From Carcharhinus longimanus (Eukaryota): a stretch of DNA of 64,000 nucleotides. Below are positions 1 to 12,309 of this stretch, one piece after another. Within the stretch, counting starts at the first letter, position 1. Each line of letters starts with the position of its first letter. The position numbers and the translations under genes were made by a program. A model generated the notes under the pieces. It saw only the letters and a program-made list of their open reading frames with translations. It was not told the origin of the DNA and searched no databases. The stretch spans positions 28,977,187 through 29,041,186 of the forward strand of contig JASCQW010000105.1 in the NCBI GenBank assembly GCA_030264375.1. The letters are read 5' to 3'.

Positions 1-819
1 TTATTCAAGGCCTCAGCCATTTCCCCATCCCCTACCACTAAGTCCCCCCTCTCATCCTCTAAGGGTCCAACGTTCATTGATAAGCATTAACCCAGTGCAG
101 AAGCTGTCCTCTCGAACTCATTTCCAAATGCCATGCACCTTATCTCTGTCTGCTTTCAAAAACATTAAAGGATTTTCTTAAAAACAGTTGCACCGTTGGT
201 CAGCATCACTATTTCTCCATCACACCCGTGGCACTTTTTGCTGCATCCTCCTTAACACAAAACACCTTCAGACATCGTCCTGCACACCAAAAGCATTATT
301 CAAATATAGTGGATCATGTCATCCTTTTGTCATTACTGGGGAGAACATGAACGACGGAACAGATTTTCACCCAATTCCTCATTCCTTTTGATCAACGCTA
401 TTCACATCAGACGTTCCAACTCCTTGCACATCAGGTTCATTAACAGGCAAAGCAATGCCTTAAATGATTACATGAGAGCCTGCAATCAATTGTGAATTTA
501 TCCCCAATCCTTAAGGAATTATTCATATAAGAAATCAAAGGAGAACATGGAAGATATCTAGAGAATTAGAAATGGGAATGCATAAGAACTTGTTGAATTT
601 GAGCATGAACAAGTATTGTTAGGCAAGTTATTCCTGCATCTGGGGCAAGAGGGCCCACATGAACTATTTCAGATCTGGCAGATTTTGACACATATTAACT
701 TGGACACAGAAGCTGAATGCAAACTGGTAAAGTAGAGGAGAGAAAACTAGGAAAGATAATTTATTTTGAGGAGGCTACTCAGGAACTTGAAACAAGTTGC
801 ACAAATATTCTTAAATTAA

Positions 820-1010
820 AACACAAAATGCTGGAAAAACTCAGCAGGTTTGACAGCATCTGTGGAGAGAAAACAGAGTTAACATAGACTCTGAATGACT
901 CTTTGAAATGTTAACTCTATTTCTCTCTCCACAGATGCTGCCAGACTTGCTATCACAGCATTTTCTGTTTTGATTTCAGTTTTCCAGCATCTGTGGTATT
1001 CTGCTTTTAT
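820..1010. mobile_element. Fold-back (palindromic) interspersed element, probably Penelope-like derived
   Basis: ~60-bp inverted arms (AAATGCTGG...CAGCATCTGTGGAGAG...GTTAACAT / ATGTTAAC...CTCTCCACAGATGCTG...CAGCATTT); related copies elsewhere in the window. Confidence 0.7.
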
Positions 1011-1614
1011 TTTAGTGTACAATATACATAAATAGGAAGATTTTAAGCATGGCAAATAAGAAAGAATACTGGTATAGTGCAAGAAAACAGAATGCACAGT
1101 AAGTTACTGTATACCTACCAGTGGTAAAAGAGGAAAGACAATGGGCAGGCTGAGGGGACTGACTGGAAGGAATAGTGAAGAAATGAAAGTTGGATTCCAT
1201 TTAAATAGCTAAACACAAAGTTGAAAGTTCTGGATGATTTGGTATTAAATGTGCCCAGTCTTTGAAAATTAGGAATCAATAAAACAAGTGGGATGATGAA
1301 TCCCATTGGCAGGACCTTGTTGATGGCAAATTCCTTGTAGTGCATTCACTGGCAGCCGATGATGGGATCAGGAACACTACTGAACCAGACAATGGAATGT
1401 AGAATCAAATTAGTAAATGGCAAAGATGTCAGGAACTCTGCCAAACAAAAGAGTGCTCACAATATGGAGATGATTACGTGTCAGGTCATGAAGACAAAAG
1501 CTCTGCATCACTTAAACAACTGGAGGCCATGATGCAAACTGTGGAAGGAAAAGTGTAGAGTTTTTAGATGAATAAACTGAGATGGCCAAATGACCTATCT
1601 TATCTATTCTATAT

Positions 1615-2480
1615 ATCATTTGATTTACTATTGCCACATGTAATGAAAAGTATTGTTTCTTGCGCATTATACAATGCATACCATTCATAGGGAAGGAAAG
1701 GAGAGGGTACAGAATGTAGTGTTTCAGTCATAGCTAGGATGTAGAGGAAAATCAACCGAATGCAAGGTAGGTCCATTCAAAAGTCTGATGGCAGCAGGGA
1801 AGAAGCAGTTCTTGAATTGGTTAATACGTAACTTCAGACTGTTGTACCTTTTTCCAGATGGAAGCCGGAAGAGAGAATGTCCAGGGTGTGTGGGGTCCTT
1901 AATCATGCTGGTTGCTTTGCCAGGGCAGCAGGAAGTGTAGACAGAGTCAAGGGATGGGAAGTTGGTTTGCTTGATGGACTGGGCTACATTCATGACCTAC
2001 TGTATTTTTTTGTGGTCTTGGGCATAACAGGCGCAATACCAAGATGAGATATAACCAGAAAGAATGCTTTCTATGGTGCATCTGTGAAAGTTGGTGAAAG
2101 TCGTAACAGACACGCCAAATTTCCTTGGCCTCCTGAGGAAGTGGAGGTGTTGGTGGGCTTTCTTAACTATAGCATCAGTATGGAGAGACCAAGACAAGCT
2201 GGTGGTAATCTGGATGCCTAGAAACTTAAGCTCCCGACCATTTCCACTTCATCCCCATTGATATAAACAGCAGCATATCCTCCGTTACGTTTCCTGAAGT
2301 TGATGACCATCTTCTTCGTTTTGTTGACATTGAGGGAGAGATTATTGCCATTGCACCAGTTTCTCTATCTTTTTCCTGTATTCTGTCTCATCATTGCTTA
2401 CAATCCAACCCACGGCAGTGGTGTCGTCAGCAAATTTGAAAATCGAGTTGAGGGGGAATTTGACCACTAAGCCATAGGTG
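1615..2480 (-). mobile_element. Rex1/Babar-type LINE 3' fragment
   Basis: Decayed ORF2 C-terminus SWSLHTDAIVKKAHQHLHFLRR..KFG..TNFHRCTIESILSG and DPTHPGHSLFRLPSGKRY..NCFFPAAIRLLN; close second copy at 40757-41445. Confidence 0.8.
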
Positions 2481-3498
2481 TATGCAAACAGCACTAAGAT
2501 TTAAGACTTTTCTTCGTAAGCAAAACAAATATATAACACGCCTCATTGATGGCCTCCTGTGCTCGATTGGCCATTTGTGTCCATGCAAGCTGCTTGAAAG
2601 GATTATCCACTTAACACACCACTTTGTTCTTTTCTCATAGCTGTGCAAATTTCTCCTTCGTAAATTTATTACAACTCCCTTTTGAAAATTACTACTAAAT
2701 CTGCTTCCATCATTTCTCAGGAGAAGTAAATCAGTAAAAAAATCTCCAAATTTTTTGTCAAATAAATCGGTGTTCTCTGGTTACCAAGCTATTTTGCCAA
2801 TCAGGTAACTAATGGGAACTATTTGAAACAAAACCATTCAATTTTGAATATCTGTACGAACGTTCTTTGCTCTAAAGCAAACCATCACATTTCATCTAGT
2901 CTCCCATACGACTGAAGCCCCCTATCCTGGTTAATCCCATCTGCACCTTTTCCAAGACCGTGACTTCCTTTCTAAAGTGTGGCGGCCAGGATTGGCCAGT
3001 GTTCTAGCTGAGTCGTAACCACTGATTGATAAGTATCAATCTTAACTTCCTAGCTTTTGTACTCTGCCATCCGTTTCATAAACAGAGGCACGATGTCAAA
3101 TAATTTTATTTTGGGGGAAGATTACCTACTTGGAAATAAAGAAGATTATTGAACTGATGTTTTCAAGTTGATGCAAGCAACTTGTTCCATTAAGAAATGA
3201 TGTCCAAAAATAGTATAAGTTAAAATACTAAAAAGGCAGGTCAGATAGGACGTTTTCCCCCACTCGAGCAATACAGCAGTGCAATAACAAGGAAGCCAAT
3301 GAAGCAGACAGTATAAAACAGGTTAAAGGGACAACTGGAGAGAAAATTGATTCAGGGACAAGGTGAGAAGGAAGCTGGAGCTGATCCATGAGAAAGGATC
3401 AGGCTTCACTCAATTGATGTTTCTCCTATTTTGAACGTTGTTGCTGCGTAATCTCCATTCTTCAATAAACTGCACTTGGTCCACAGAATTACACTCAC

Positions 3499-3678
3499 CT
3501 GTATGAGCAAAGGCAGGTAGAGGCTGCACCATAGGAGGTGCCCCATTGGCTAGTGGAGGAACTCCTGCCGTAGGAACAGAAGACACTAATGGCGGTGACA
3601 TGCCCACCACTGGCATTGGTGCCATTGACAAAGGTGCTACTGCTCCCATGGAGGACATTGCTGAAACATTACCAATAC
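3499..3678 (-). CDS. ITSN1: ITSN1 exon 6 (180 nt), Pro-rich EH1-EH2 linker
   Basis: Acceptor ttctccccattaAG|GT ATT GGT; translation (G)[59 protein letters not shown]; donor ACAG|gtgagt; phase 1/1. Confidence 0.93.
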
Positions 3679-3850
3679 CTTAATGGGGAGAAAAAAAAAC
3701 TGTTGTTAAAATATTGTATAATACAGCTTAAAAAAAATCACATTGTGTTCACAAAAATGAAGTTAGGAATTTGCAGGAAGTTGGTATCTAAAGTTGTGAT
3801 AATTGGAATAAAAACTGAAAAGTTATTTTGTAAAACAACATGATACTAAC

Positions 3851-4008
3851 CAAATCCTGCTGTTGAAATGGCTACTGGTAATTGTTTCATGATGGGAGGC
3901 AATGCAGAGGGAAGCTGATGACCCTGCAGTTTTAACTTAATCAGTTTCATGGCTATAGAAAACTCCATCTGATCCATCTTTCCATCATTATTCAAGTCAG
4001 CTAGAGCC
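3851..4008 (-). CDS. ITSN1: ITSN1 exon 5 (158 nt), EH1 EF-hand and C-terminal helix
   Basis: Acceptor ttctttttaaAG|G GCT CTA; translation (W)[52 protein letters not shown]; donor TTTG|gttagt. Confidence 0.96.
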
Positions 4009-4049
4009 CTTTAAAAAGAAACAGAACATTAAAAACTAGTTTTACAGTC

Positions 4050-4235
4050 ATTGCAAATGTGGAAGACACAGCAAGTCTGACAGCATCTGGTGAGAGATAA
4101 ACAGAAGTTGATGTGATGAAAAGTCACAGGCTTAAAATGTTAACTGTTTCGCTCTCCTCAAATACTACCAGACCAAGTATTCCCAGCATTTTGTGTTTGT
4201 AATAAGACTACAGGCATTTGCAGTATTTTTGTTTC
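4050..4235. mobile_element. Degenerate copy of the fold-back element
   Basis: GACAGCATCTGGTGAGAG...AATGTTAACTGTTTCGCTCTCC...CCAGCATTTT, matching 820-1010. Confidence 0.6.
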
Positions 4236-5239
4236 TCGTTAGCAATTTTACTACTCATTTATATAGTTTATAGTTTCAATTACAATCCAAATATTTCCAC
4301 AAGCTTGCAAAAGATCCTGAATATAGCTTTTGTACAGGTGTTTCATACAGGAGCTGGAAAATTTGATGTAAACATTTTTAGTTATTACCCTTGATCTTCA
4401 ACTATAATGAATTATAAACCTGAGTTACACAAAACATCCATTATCTACAACACTTTAACTTTAGGCGTCTATGTGCTGGATGAATGATACATCAAGGGCA
4501 TAAAAAAAGAACAAAAACGCTTTGTCAAGAATTAAAATAATTTTATATTGAAGTATTAGTAAGTAATTTAGAACCAAGTAAAATATATTGAGAGACCAAG
4601 CCCTTTGATATCTTTGGCTTATAGTTTAGCTCCCTACATTAACATTTGTGCTCATGAGTTTTCCTAAACTTTTCTAACAAGAACAAAAAAAAAGTCACTT
4701 TCCATAGCTTTGGCTTAACACCTTAATTTTTCTGCAATCTCCAGTTACAAATAGGAAAAAAAGTCATCCTCGTGAGGAAGTAACTTTAGCACATAGCCTA
4801 TTAACAGGTTTCACGCCATACATCTCAAGTGATTCTCCTGTCATGTTTTTAGAAGCACCACTCTGCTCATATCTTCAGCAGCTGACTAGATTAGGTAGAC
4901 AAATCAACAACCATATAGCAAAAGTGGCAAATTATATTAATATTAGAGATAATATGCAGAGTCTTGATCCTCTTACTGCTTATGAAAAGGAAAACTTAAT
5001 ACCTATTTAATACCTGTATGTCAATCCTTTACAACCACGTGGTTTAAGATGGCATTAATTTCTAAGGGCTGTGGAACATTCATTTTTCTTATTGCCCAAA
5101 TGCCAAATATACAATTGAGAAATATTTTCAACCATCACAGGTTTCTCATCACCATTGACTCATGAATTAACTATGAACAATCCACACATGCACCATTCAG
5201 GGAAATACTCAAAGGACAATTTAAAATGCAAGAACTTAC

Positions 5240-5303
5240 CATATTTGCGCAAGTATAGGTGGAGGCAATCCAGACTGAAGGAAGAAATTTCGAGCCTGAT
5301 CAC
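5240..5303 (-). CDS. ITSN1: ITSN1 exon 4 (64 nt), EH1
   Basis: Acceptor aattcAG|GT GAT CAG; translation (G)[20 protein letters not shown](W); donor ATATG|gtaagt. Confidence 0.96.
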
Positions 5304-8300
5304 CTGAATTTACAAAAGTAAAATGATTCTTATAGGTACACCAAATATAAACAACGCATTCCACAAACAAAACGATTGCTACCAATTATAAAAATAAAAA
5401 CCCGACAAAAGGTTAGAATCTGCTCAATATGTTGATTCTTGACCTTAATTGTACTTCACATTACAACTAATGTTCTGAATAAGTGGATTTGCCAACATAA
5501 ATTGCTCATGTTGGTGTGCATTACTCATTGAAAAACCACTGTGTGAAAAACATGCTAATATGTTGGGTAAGATGAACAGAGGTGGGCAAAGGCTCATGTG
5601 GAGCATGAGCAGCAGCAGGGACCCACTTATATGATGTAAATACCATGTAATACACTTGCATATAAATTGAACAAGCAGTTTTAAAAGTATTTCTAAAGAC
5701 ACTACATGCTGTATTACAAAATGCTGCCATTTTAACATAGGCACTATTCTTAATCAAAGTTATTCAAACATGAATAAGTGGTCACAGAGGACTGGGACAC
5801 TATAGAGGAAAAGGCCAATGGGAAGAATCATTCCTGCACTCGTCCTAAAACATTAACAGCCACGCGAATACAATGAGATGTCTGTTAAAGGTTATCTCAG
5901 GTTTTACTTGCAATGTAATGACAGAGTTAAATACACACAATGTTATTAGTGTGTTAATTGTTTGGAACTTGTAAGAGGAAAAAACATCCCATGATCACAC
6001 AAAACTTCCATAAGTTGCTAGGCAACTTATACTGTCCCAAGATTAGTCTTATTAAAAAAATGACAATTTGCCTTTAATCAGCTGAACAGCAGCAGAGACC
6101 TCAGAGTAACTCATTTATTGTGTTGCCAGAAATGCTTGTGTTGACTACAAAGGAAACGTAACTAATTAATATTGTTGAAATTAACCAGAGCTGATATTGT
6201 TAATGGGTACAAGTACAATTTTAAGAAACTTAAGCAATGCCAGTATAAACATATTGGCCAAGGACTTCTTCAGCAGAAGTTAGTTTTAAAAAGTAGTTTA
6301 ATTTCCTATGGTCTTGCACTTGGGAAGAGTAGCTAAACAGAGCAAAACTGGAGGTGTTTTGTTTTAATTTGAGTCACAGCAAGCAGGGCTTTTTTAAAAA
6401 AAGTACGTGCGTTTTTACAAAATTAAGTGGATCTATAGGGAGCCTCCAGGCTGCATAAAACTGTTTTTTAAGATGGGAAAGAGTGAAGATCTAAACAGAA
6501 CTACTGTAAAGAAGGTTTCTAATTAATTAGATATGAGCAAAAGGAAATTGGGAACTGGGAAAGGATGCATAGAACTATAATCGGCACTGAAGATGNNNNN
6601 NNNNNNNNNNNNNNNNNNNNNNNNNNNNNNNNNNNNNNNNNNNNNNNNNNNNNNNNNNNNNNNNNNNNNNNNNNNNNNNNNNNNNNNNNNNNNNNNNNNN
6701 NNNNNNNNNNNNNNNNNNNNNNNNNNNNNNNNNNNNNGTCAGGATTCTACTTTGCTTCAATGAATGGAAATTTTTCCATCTAAAAATGCCCAATGCGGCA
6801 CTTTTTGTAAAAAAAAAATCAACTGATAACCTAAGCTGTAATTTCCATGAGATAAAGAACAGTTTAGGAAACCACAAAGTGTGATGGAAGTGAGAAATCT
6901 GTGGCAGGAGTGGCAAAAAAATTATGCCGGGCAAATATTTATATAAAAAATCCCATTTTAAAACATTTACACAGGAAATTCCATTCTAAATGTTGATAGT
7001 GGTTTTGAAGGTTATTACAATAAAGATTTTGGACAGGAAAAGCATGCCAATCAAAAGTCTTCAAAATAATACGTACTGGATAAAAGTGTGGTCTGACTGA
7101 TACTACATCAACAAACCTCACCACTAGATCAATTACCATAGCAGCAATGGAAAATTAAGCATGAAAATTAAACTAGGCATGTTGTTTACAACTAAAGATT
7201 GCAACTAAAAAGAATTTTTCTACAATAACGGTCACAAGGAGCTTTTTTTCCCCTCTATTCAACGTTGGCATCCCAGAGAAAGGTCAAGAAAACCATAATC
7301 GCACAGCACTTCTGCATCAAAAAAAGCCTCCTCAGTTTTTGAACCACCTTGCAACACTTGAGCTTAAAGTGCAGTGCTTATAACCTTGAGAGTTTGCTTT
7401 TATTTGTTAAGCCTGCATCAACTCCCATGTGACATTTTAGTGGTCACCAGCACAGACAGAGTTTCATGCAAGCTGGATGGAAAGCCAGAGTTTGATGAAA
7501 GGAAGCCATTGACAAACTTCTGCAAAATTACAATGGTTGTTATTTAAGTGAAAAGTCAGTCAGCCTTTGAGTTAGGTTTGTTTTGTCAATTTTGAAAAGG
7601 AGCCAAAATCTGGCGTGGAGAGGTAATTAATTACAACTAAAGCAAAATTCTGCTGAAACTGGAAATCTCATTATTAATCAGGTTTGGTCTTTAAAAAAAC
7701 TAAAAATATTGACAAAGTAACAACTTAATTTTCCATGGATAGTGTTGAATAACAACACTTACATACGATTCTCAGTGTATCCATTTTTCAAGCAACTCAA
7801 ACTTTTTCTTAAAAGAAATCTTGAGAAACCCATTGGTTATTGACATGGCTGAAGATTATTAAAGCATGTGACCAGTATTTTGGGCAATTTCCCCGCAGTA
7901 AATTAAAATGCTTGTGAAAAAAGCTAAGACAAAGTGTGTGTTCATGGATCAACCACAGTCCTCAAGTACAATGTTTCCCTTTGCCACCATTCTTAAAAGG
8001 AGATTAAAGATTCTAACAAAAACTATATACTGACTAGCTGCTTATTCAATGCCCACTACTCCCCCACTGCCTCACCCCGCAACAATACTGTATAACCTCC
8101 TCTCAATTTTTCATTCAAAGGCATTTCACACCAACTGTGTTTCTGATTAGTCACCTACACATCACCACCAACTTCCACCCACTTTTCCCATTGCTCCCTG
8201 TTGGATTCCCTTCAACTGATTTGAATCTCAAATGGCATCTATCCTGGTCAAAGTCACCATATATGATCCTGTTTCCCTCTTGAATTTCTCCGGATTTCAA

Positions 8301-8564
8301 CAGAGTTTACCGATCCATTTACCTTTTCCTGTGCTTCCCCCTGGTGATACACCTCCATGGCTCTGCCTCATGATGGTTCAATTTCAACATGTTACAGTGT
8401 AGGTAACAAATTCCCTGCTTTGGCTTCCTGGCCCACCCCAAGTTAAGTTTAAGCATGCCATGAGATTTCATACTTAGCCCCTTCACATTGTTTTCTAGAC
8501 ATGCTGCATCAGCAGTGGGATATCTTTTGTATGTTTGCTAGTATAACTCAGCTTTACCTCTGCC

Positions 8565-8695
8565 ATGTGACTCCAGACCCACAGCAATGTAGTTGACTCT
8601 TAAATGTCCTTTGTAAATCGAGGTCAGTTAGGGATAGCTAATAAATGCTGGTCTAGCCAGCGACCTTCGCATCCTGTAAATGAATTTTTAAAAAA
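8565..8695 (+). mobile_element. DeuSINE (SacSINE1-like) 3' part
   Basis: GTGACTCCAGACCCACAGCAATGTAGTTGACTCTTAA...AATAAATGCTGGTCTAGCCAG; the same motif recurs at ~40410-40720, 50500-50790 and 59420-59575. Confidence 0.6.
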
Positions 8696-9049
8696 TTACT
8701 CCAAATTCTGTGTGTTCTGCTGTGCTGTGCAGTCTGACTACCAATAAGCGATAAGCTGACTGATGCCGCAAAACCTCTTCCAGTTTGTTAGCAAGGCCAA
8801 ATTTAATTTTGGGACAGAATCAGCTTTCTATCTTAAGTCATGCTATCATCCTTTCCCAGCTTGTCTGTGTCATGTTGAAGCCAAGGGTAACTGACTTTAG
8901 CTAGTGACCTCAAAGTTGAGCTTCAAATTATACACACACATTCTCAAGCTACAATTGTTATCTCTCAGGTTCATCCACCTCTTCCCTTAAGCTCATCAAC
9001 ACCTACACTAAAAAAAAATTAATGACTTCAGGCAAGCTTCTCAAATGCT

Positions 9050-9450
9050 CTCTCTGATGGCCTCCCAAAATCAAAGATTCAAAATCTTCAACACTAGCAT
9101 CACTTTGCTGAATCAAGTCGTTCCCATTTATCACATGATCTCACTGCTAACTATTCCTCAGCACACTCATTTTAAAATCCTCGCACTCATTTTGAAACCC
9201 TTCTATGGCATCTCCCCTCACAAACTCTGCAACCATTTCCTCCAACCTTGCAATCCAATTGGCATAATCCACTATTCTTGTTGTAGTCTTTGCCCCAATC
9301 TCTCTGTCATTATGGCAAAAGGGTGAACCATTGTGCCACAATGCTCAAAACTCCTTTCCCAAAACATTCTACCTCATTTCATCTCGTACCTTTTCACGTA
9401 GCTTGCTCCAAGTTCAACTCCTCAAACTTGAGCATTAATCATTTTCCTAA
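9050..9450 (+). mobile_element. L2-like LINE 3' fragment (decayed L2 likely extends back to ~8200)
   Basis: TTTAAAATCCTCGCACTCATTTTGAAACCCTTCTATGGC (HFKILALILKPFYG), a typical L2 ORF2 end motif. Confidence 0.55.
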
Positions 9451-9584
9451 ATACCTAACTGATGCCCAATTTCTCATTCTCAACAGGAAATTTCCCAACG
9501 ACAAAGGAGGAACATAATCAAAAAGTGTAACATTTATTGAAGAATTCAGTTGGGAGCACAAGAGCAGATTTGTTTTGTTCTCAC

Positions 9585-9677
9585 CAGTAATCAGTCCACC
9601 AATTGGTTTGATACTAAGGAACTGCTGGTCATGCTTGGCTCTTTCTTCCACTGTAATGGCACAGATATCCAGGCCCC
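9585..9677 (-). CDS. ITSN1: ITSN1 exon 3 (93 nt), start of EH1
   Basis: Acceptor ttcttgaaacAG|GG GGC CTG; translation (G)[30 protein letters not shown](G); donor ACTG|gtgaga. Confidence 0.96.
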
Positions 9678-10229
9678 CTGTTTCAAGAAAACAACCCATC
9701 AGTTCATCAATGGATAATTTTTCCCACTGGGTTCAATTACGAAAGTAGTAAAGCTCTTTAAATAGCTTGCCCACGGGAAAACAAATGGTCCTTTAAAACT
9801 GCACAAAAATGCAACCATACAATGGATGAGTTCCAGCATGACATTATTACAATGATCAGCATGCCTTAAAACTTATTGTTCCCTCATCTTTCCCCTTTGC
9901 TTTTGCAAGGTAAACTTTGTACCTGCCCTCATCCAAGGCCCCTGGTATAGCTGTACAATATGCATAAAACCAGCTATCCACAGAGAAACCCGTCACTTGT
10001 GGGAGTGAATGAAGATTTCACTCTATTGAAGTTGAATTTAAATATCATGGTTGTGAGCATTAAAGTTTTTTAAAATTTATGAATATTGTGACTTCAGGAC
10101 TTCTTGTTCAAACAAGATTTCCAACTTTGAACTATGAGGGAAATACTTATTTCACATTTTACTACAATAAACTCAAAGGAGCACTTCTCTTCTGAGATTT
10201 GCATTCCCCTGTAGTTACATTAGTTTCTC

Positions 10230-10640
10230 ACTATCCAAATTGGCTCCTGGCCATGACAAATCTTGATTTTAAAATTCTTCATCTTTGCTTTCAAGTTCCT
10301 TCCTGGCCTTGCCTTTTTCCATCTTTGCAATCACCTCCAGCCCCAGAACTTTGTGACTTACCTGCACTGCTCAAATTCTGGCCTCTTTGAATGTCCCAGA
10401 TTTTATTTGCTCAGCCACAGATGGCTGTGCCTTCAATTGCCCAGGTCCCAATTCCTTCCCTATATCCCTCCATAGCCTTTTAAGACAGTCCTAGAAACCA
10501 ACCTCTTTGGTCGAGCTTTGGGTCATTAAACCTAATATCTGTATGTGAATCAGTGTCATTCTTGATACAACGTTCCTGTGAACTGCCTTGAGAGGCTTTA
10601 TTATGTTAAAAAGACACCATATAAATAAGATGCTGTTGTG
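10230..10640 (+). mobile_element. L2-like LINE 3' end
   Basis: DFKILHL/IFAFK motif plus 3' tail GTGAACTGCCTTGAGAGG...ATATAAATAAGATGCTGTTG. Confidence 0.65.
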
Positions 10641-11401
10641 ATAAAATGTTGTTAGGGCTTGGGTTAATTAGCTTCAACAAGACAAAGGCCCATAACTTCT
10701 TGTTCTCCTGTGATGCATTTAGGGGTACCCAAATGATGTGCTGGGGAGATCCCGCTAGGAAGTTCCCACACGAGGGTTTACCTGCAAGTGTCAACTTCCT
10801 CTGGACAATTGTACTGGGCTGGTAACCACCCAACAGAAGCAATTTAAATTGCTAGCTTCAGATAGTCCTGCCAGTTTTACTCTGATAGTTACTTTGAAAC
10901 AGTTAGAAAGCAAAAATACTTCCAGAGTAGCTATTTAAATACCCAGACCAAGCCCTGCGCATACACAACTCCGACTCCTCGAAGAACCCCCTAACACCAC
11001 TCCCAACCAAGCATACAAACTCCACCCAACCCAATGCCGAAACCCCCCCCAACTCATGATTCTGCCCCCCTCTCGCTCCAGCTAGTGCCGTAAAAAGGGA
11101 GCATTCCTTTCTTCCCAGTGTTCCCGCTGCTTAACTGCTCCCATCTCACCCAATCTGAGATAGGAAGAACAACTTCTTCCTGAAGGAAGAAAAATCTGAA
11201 TACACTGGCCACATGTATCTATTTTCAGAGTAAGATGAACAAGCCCTAAATGCAGGCCAGGCACTACCCTCCCTGACCGACAGCTGGTGCAATGAGAACC
11301 ATCACATCAAATGTTCTTGAAAAGGAGAAATCAGGGATGGAAACATTGAAAGGCTCAAAGCAACAATCAAAGTAACATTTAATATTCTGCAAAGTACTTA
11401 C

Positions 11402-11429
11402 CTCCAAAAGCAGTTGGAAACTGAGCCAT
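11402..11429 (-). CDS. ITSN1: ITSN1 exon 2 coding part (start codon, MAQFPTAFG)
   Basis: GGAAGC ATG GCT CAG TTT CCA ACT GCT TTT GGA G|gtaagt; strong Kozak context (A at -3, G at +4); 28 coding nt, phase 1 matches exon 3. Confidence 0.95.
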
Positions 11430-11461
11430 GCTTCCTTTAGTTTTAACTAGTCAGCAGATGC
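11430..11461 (-). other. ITSN1: ITSN1 exon 2 5' UTR (32 nt)
   Basis: Branch-point-like tactaat then ctgttccAG|GCATCTG; gives a 60-nt exon 2 with 32 nt of UTR, the same geometry I recall for human. Confidence 0.85.
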
Positions 11462-11799
11462 CTGGAACAGATTAGTAATTATTAGCTGATTGAGCAGATA
11501 CTGGAGCTTACTATATGTTATGCAACAGACATCATATAAACTGTAATTCCACTTCTGATAAACGTGGAATACAAAATTATACAATGAGTCACTATTTGCA
11601 CATTAACTATGGCATTGCACTATAAATTCCAAGTGAAAATAAAGTACAGATTCAAAACTGAAAATGATGGGAGCAGGCAGGGCAGCATTCACGAAGAGGG
11701 AAGAGTTAATCTGTCAGATCAATAAATTATCAATATTTCTGATCCAACGTAAGAAAGCAATGGGGGGGGGGGGGGGTGGTGGGGAGCGTAGTAGTAGAG

Positions 11800-12020
11800 A
11801 ACCCTTCTAATCCTCTGACACTAAGGGGCAATTTAGCACGGTCAATCCATCTAACCTGCACATCTTTTGAGTGTGGGAGGAAACTGGAGCACCCGGAGGA
11901 AACCCACGCAGACACAGGGAGAACGCACAACCTCCACACAGTCACCTGAGGCCGGAATCAAACCCGGGTCCCTGGCATGGTGAGGCAGCAGTGGTAACCA
12001 CTGTACCACCATGCCATCCT
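11800..12020 (-). mobile_element. HE1-like tRNA-derived SINE, inserted within a fold-back element (~11650-12080)
   Basis: Minus strand GGCATGGTGGTACAGTGGTTACCACTGCTGCC...GGTTTGATTCC (A/B boxes) and GTGTCTGCGTGGGTTTCCTCCGGGTGCTCCAGTTTCCTCCCAC core. Confidence 0.85.
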
Positions 12021-12309
12021 GAGCCGCTGAAACAAACACTTCATTTCAGGTTCTGAGTATCTGCAGTATTTTGCTTTTGTATTAGTGAGGGGCAGGTCAG
12101 TGGGAGGGGCAGGTGCAATGGTTTAGATCTTTACTTTCAGTGATAGAAAGATAAGGAAAGGGTAAAGATGGTTGAAAAACTGCTCTAGCAAGCAGAGAAA
12201 GAGAGATTAGGATTGCAGAGCTTTCTGTAAATATATAGAGGGTAAACAAAGTGTCCAGAAGTAGTTAATTTTTGCAAAGGTACAGAGAGGGATATACTAT
12301 CAACTGACA

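Noticed and set aside
1-3498. ITSN1 exon 7 (ATLPKSSSFSRSGPG...)
   Set aside because: Not found by eye; presumably beyond the left edge.
3410-3658. ORF-track proteins at 3410-3658 and 9439-9699 as standalone genes
   Set aside because: They are ITSN1 exons read through into intron sequence.
10670-11300. GC-richer block with C-runs as an alternative promoter or Harbinger-like MITE
   Set aside because: Few CpGs and no clear terminal repeats; could not support either call.
11800-12020. tRNA genes suggested by A/B-box motifs
   Set aside because: These are tRNA-derived SINE heads followed by SINE core; no cloverleaf.
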